From positions 8 to 64,007 of the forward strand of contig CALXPS010000004.1 in NCBI GenBank assembly GCA_944390405.1: DNA of 64,000 bases, given 5' to 3'. Shown here piece by piece: positions 63,988 through 64,000 of this stretch. The position numbers and the translations under genes are program-made. The notes under the pieces are model-generated. The model had not been told where the DNA came from. It saw only the letters and a list, made by a program, of their open reading frames with translations, and ran no database searches. Each line of letters starts with the position of its first letter. Position 1 is the first letter of the stretch. The DNA comes from an uncultured Clostridia bacterium. GTDB taxonomy: Bacteria; Bacillota; Clostridia; TANB77; CAG-508.

Positions 63988-64000
63988 ATGGATTCGAACC
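63976..64000 (-). tRNA. tRNA gene, 3' portion only (runs off the window); isotype not determinable
   Basis: Minus strand reads GGTTCGAATCCATCCCTGCCCACCA: T-loop GGTTCGAATCC, acceptor 3' strand, encoded CCA. Confidence 0.75.

Noticed and set aside
1-64000. CRISPR arrays, rRNA genes, complete prophage or complete conjugative element
   Set aside because: No regularly spaced direct repeats, no rRNA-like GC-rich blocks, and no capsid/tail/portal or VirB4/relaxase genes were recognised anywhere in the window.

Overview
Very AT-rich (over 70% A+T by eye) chromosomal segment of a low-GC, spore-forming Firmicute of Clostridia type. This inference rests on a GerA-family germinant receptor operon, a Spo0A_C-domain regulator and a SpoVB/MurJ-like flippase. 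Most of the window is a housekeeping backbone carried almost entirely on the minus strand: cysK, topA, trmR plus a U32/TrhP-like gene, typA, tsf, rpsB, a heterodimeric ABC exporter, secG, punA, scpA, recX, recA, glyQS, hup, rluB, rluD, lspA, an S41 peptidase, two coiled-coil M23 peptidases, ftsX, ftsE, split transketolase and proS. Accessory patches interrupt this backbone. (1) At the left edge, a 5'-truncated dacB-like gene sits beside a remnant of a phage/plasmid replication gene. (2) At 1.4-6 kb lie a secreted PepSY-like/His-Cys peptidase-like pair, a Spo0A-like orphan response regulator, a class II Fic protein and an XRE regulator. (3) A RelA/SpoT-domain gene is translationally coupled inside the trmR/U32 tRNA-modification operon. 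(4) One polypeptide combines an ECF-type sigma factor, a TM helix and an extracytoplasmic domain. (5) An orphan TraG/VirD4-like membrane ATPase and a replication-relaxation-like wHTH protein sit between housekeeping genes (38.6-41.9 kb). (6) A radical SAM/SPASM gene fused in frame to a polytopic membrane domain is frame-disrupted and followed by an unannotated 33-aa Cys-Pro-Asp-terminated peptide ORF (56.0-57.9 kb). (7) A decayed integrated element of about 5 kb (58.96-63.98 kb) lies at the 3' end of a tRNA gene. It is bounded by a 12-bp tRNA-derived direct repeat and internally bracketed by about 70-bp inverted repeats, each following a gene with a pilin-like signal. It carries fragments of an IS91-family transposase, a large serine recombinase and an XRE gene. 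Several accessory genes are frame-disrupted while all housekeeping genes look intact. No rRNA genes or CRISPR arrays were seen, and the only RNA gene is a partial tRNA at the right edge. All function calls rest on motif recognition by eye from the translated ORFs. No database search was possible.
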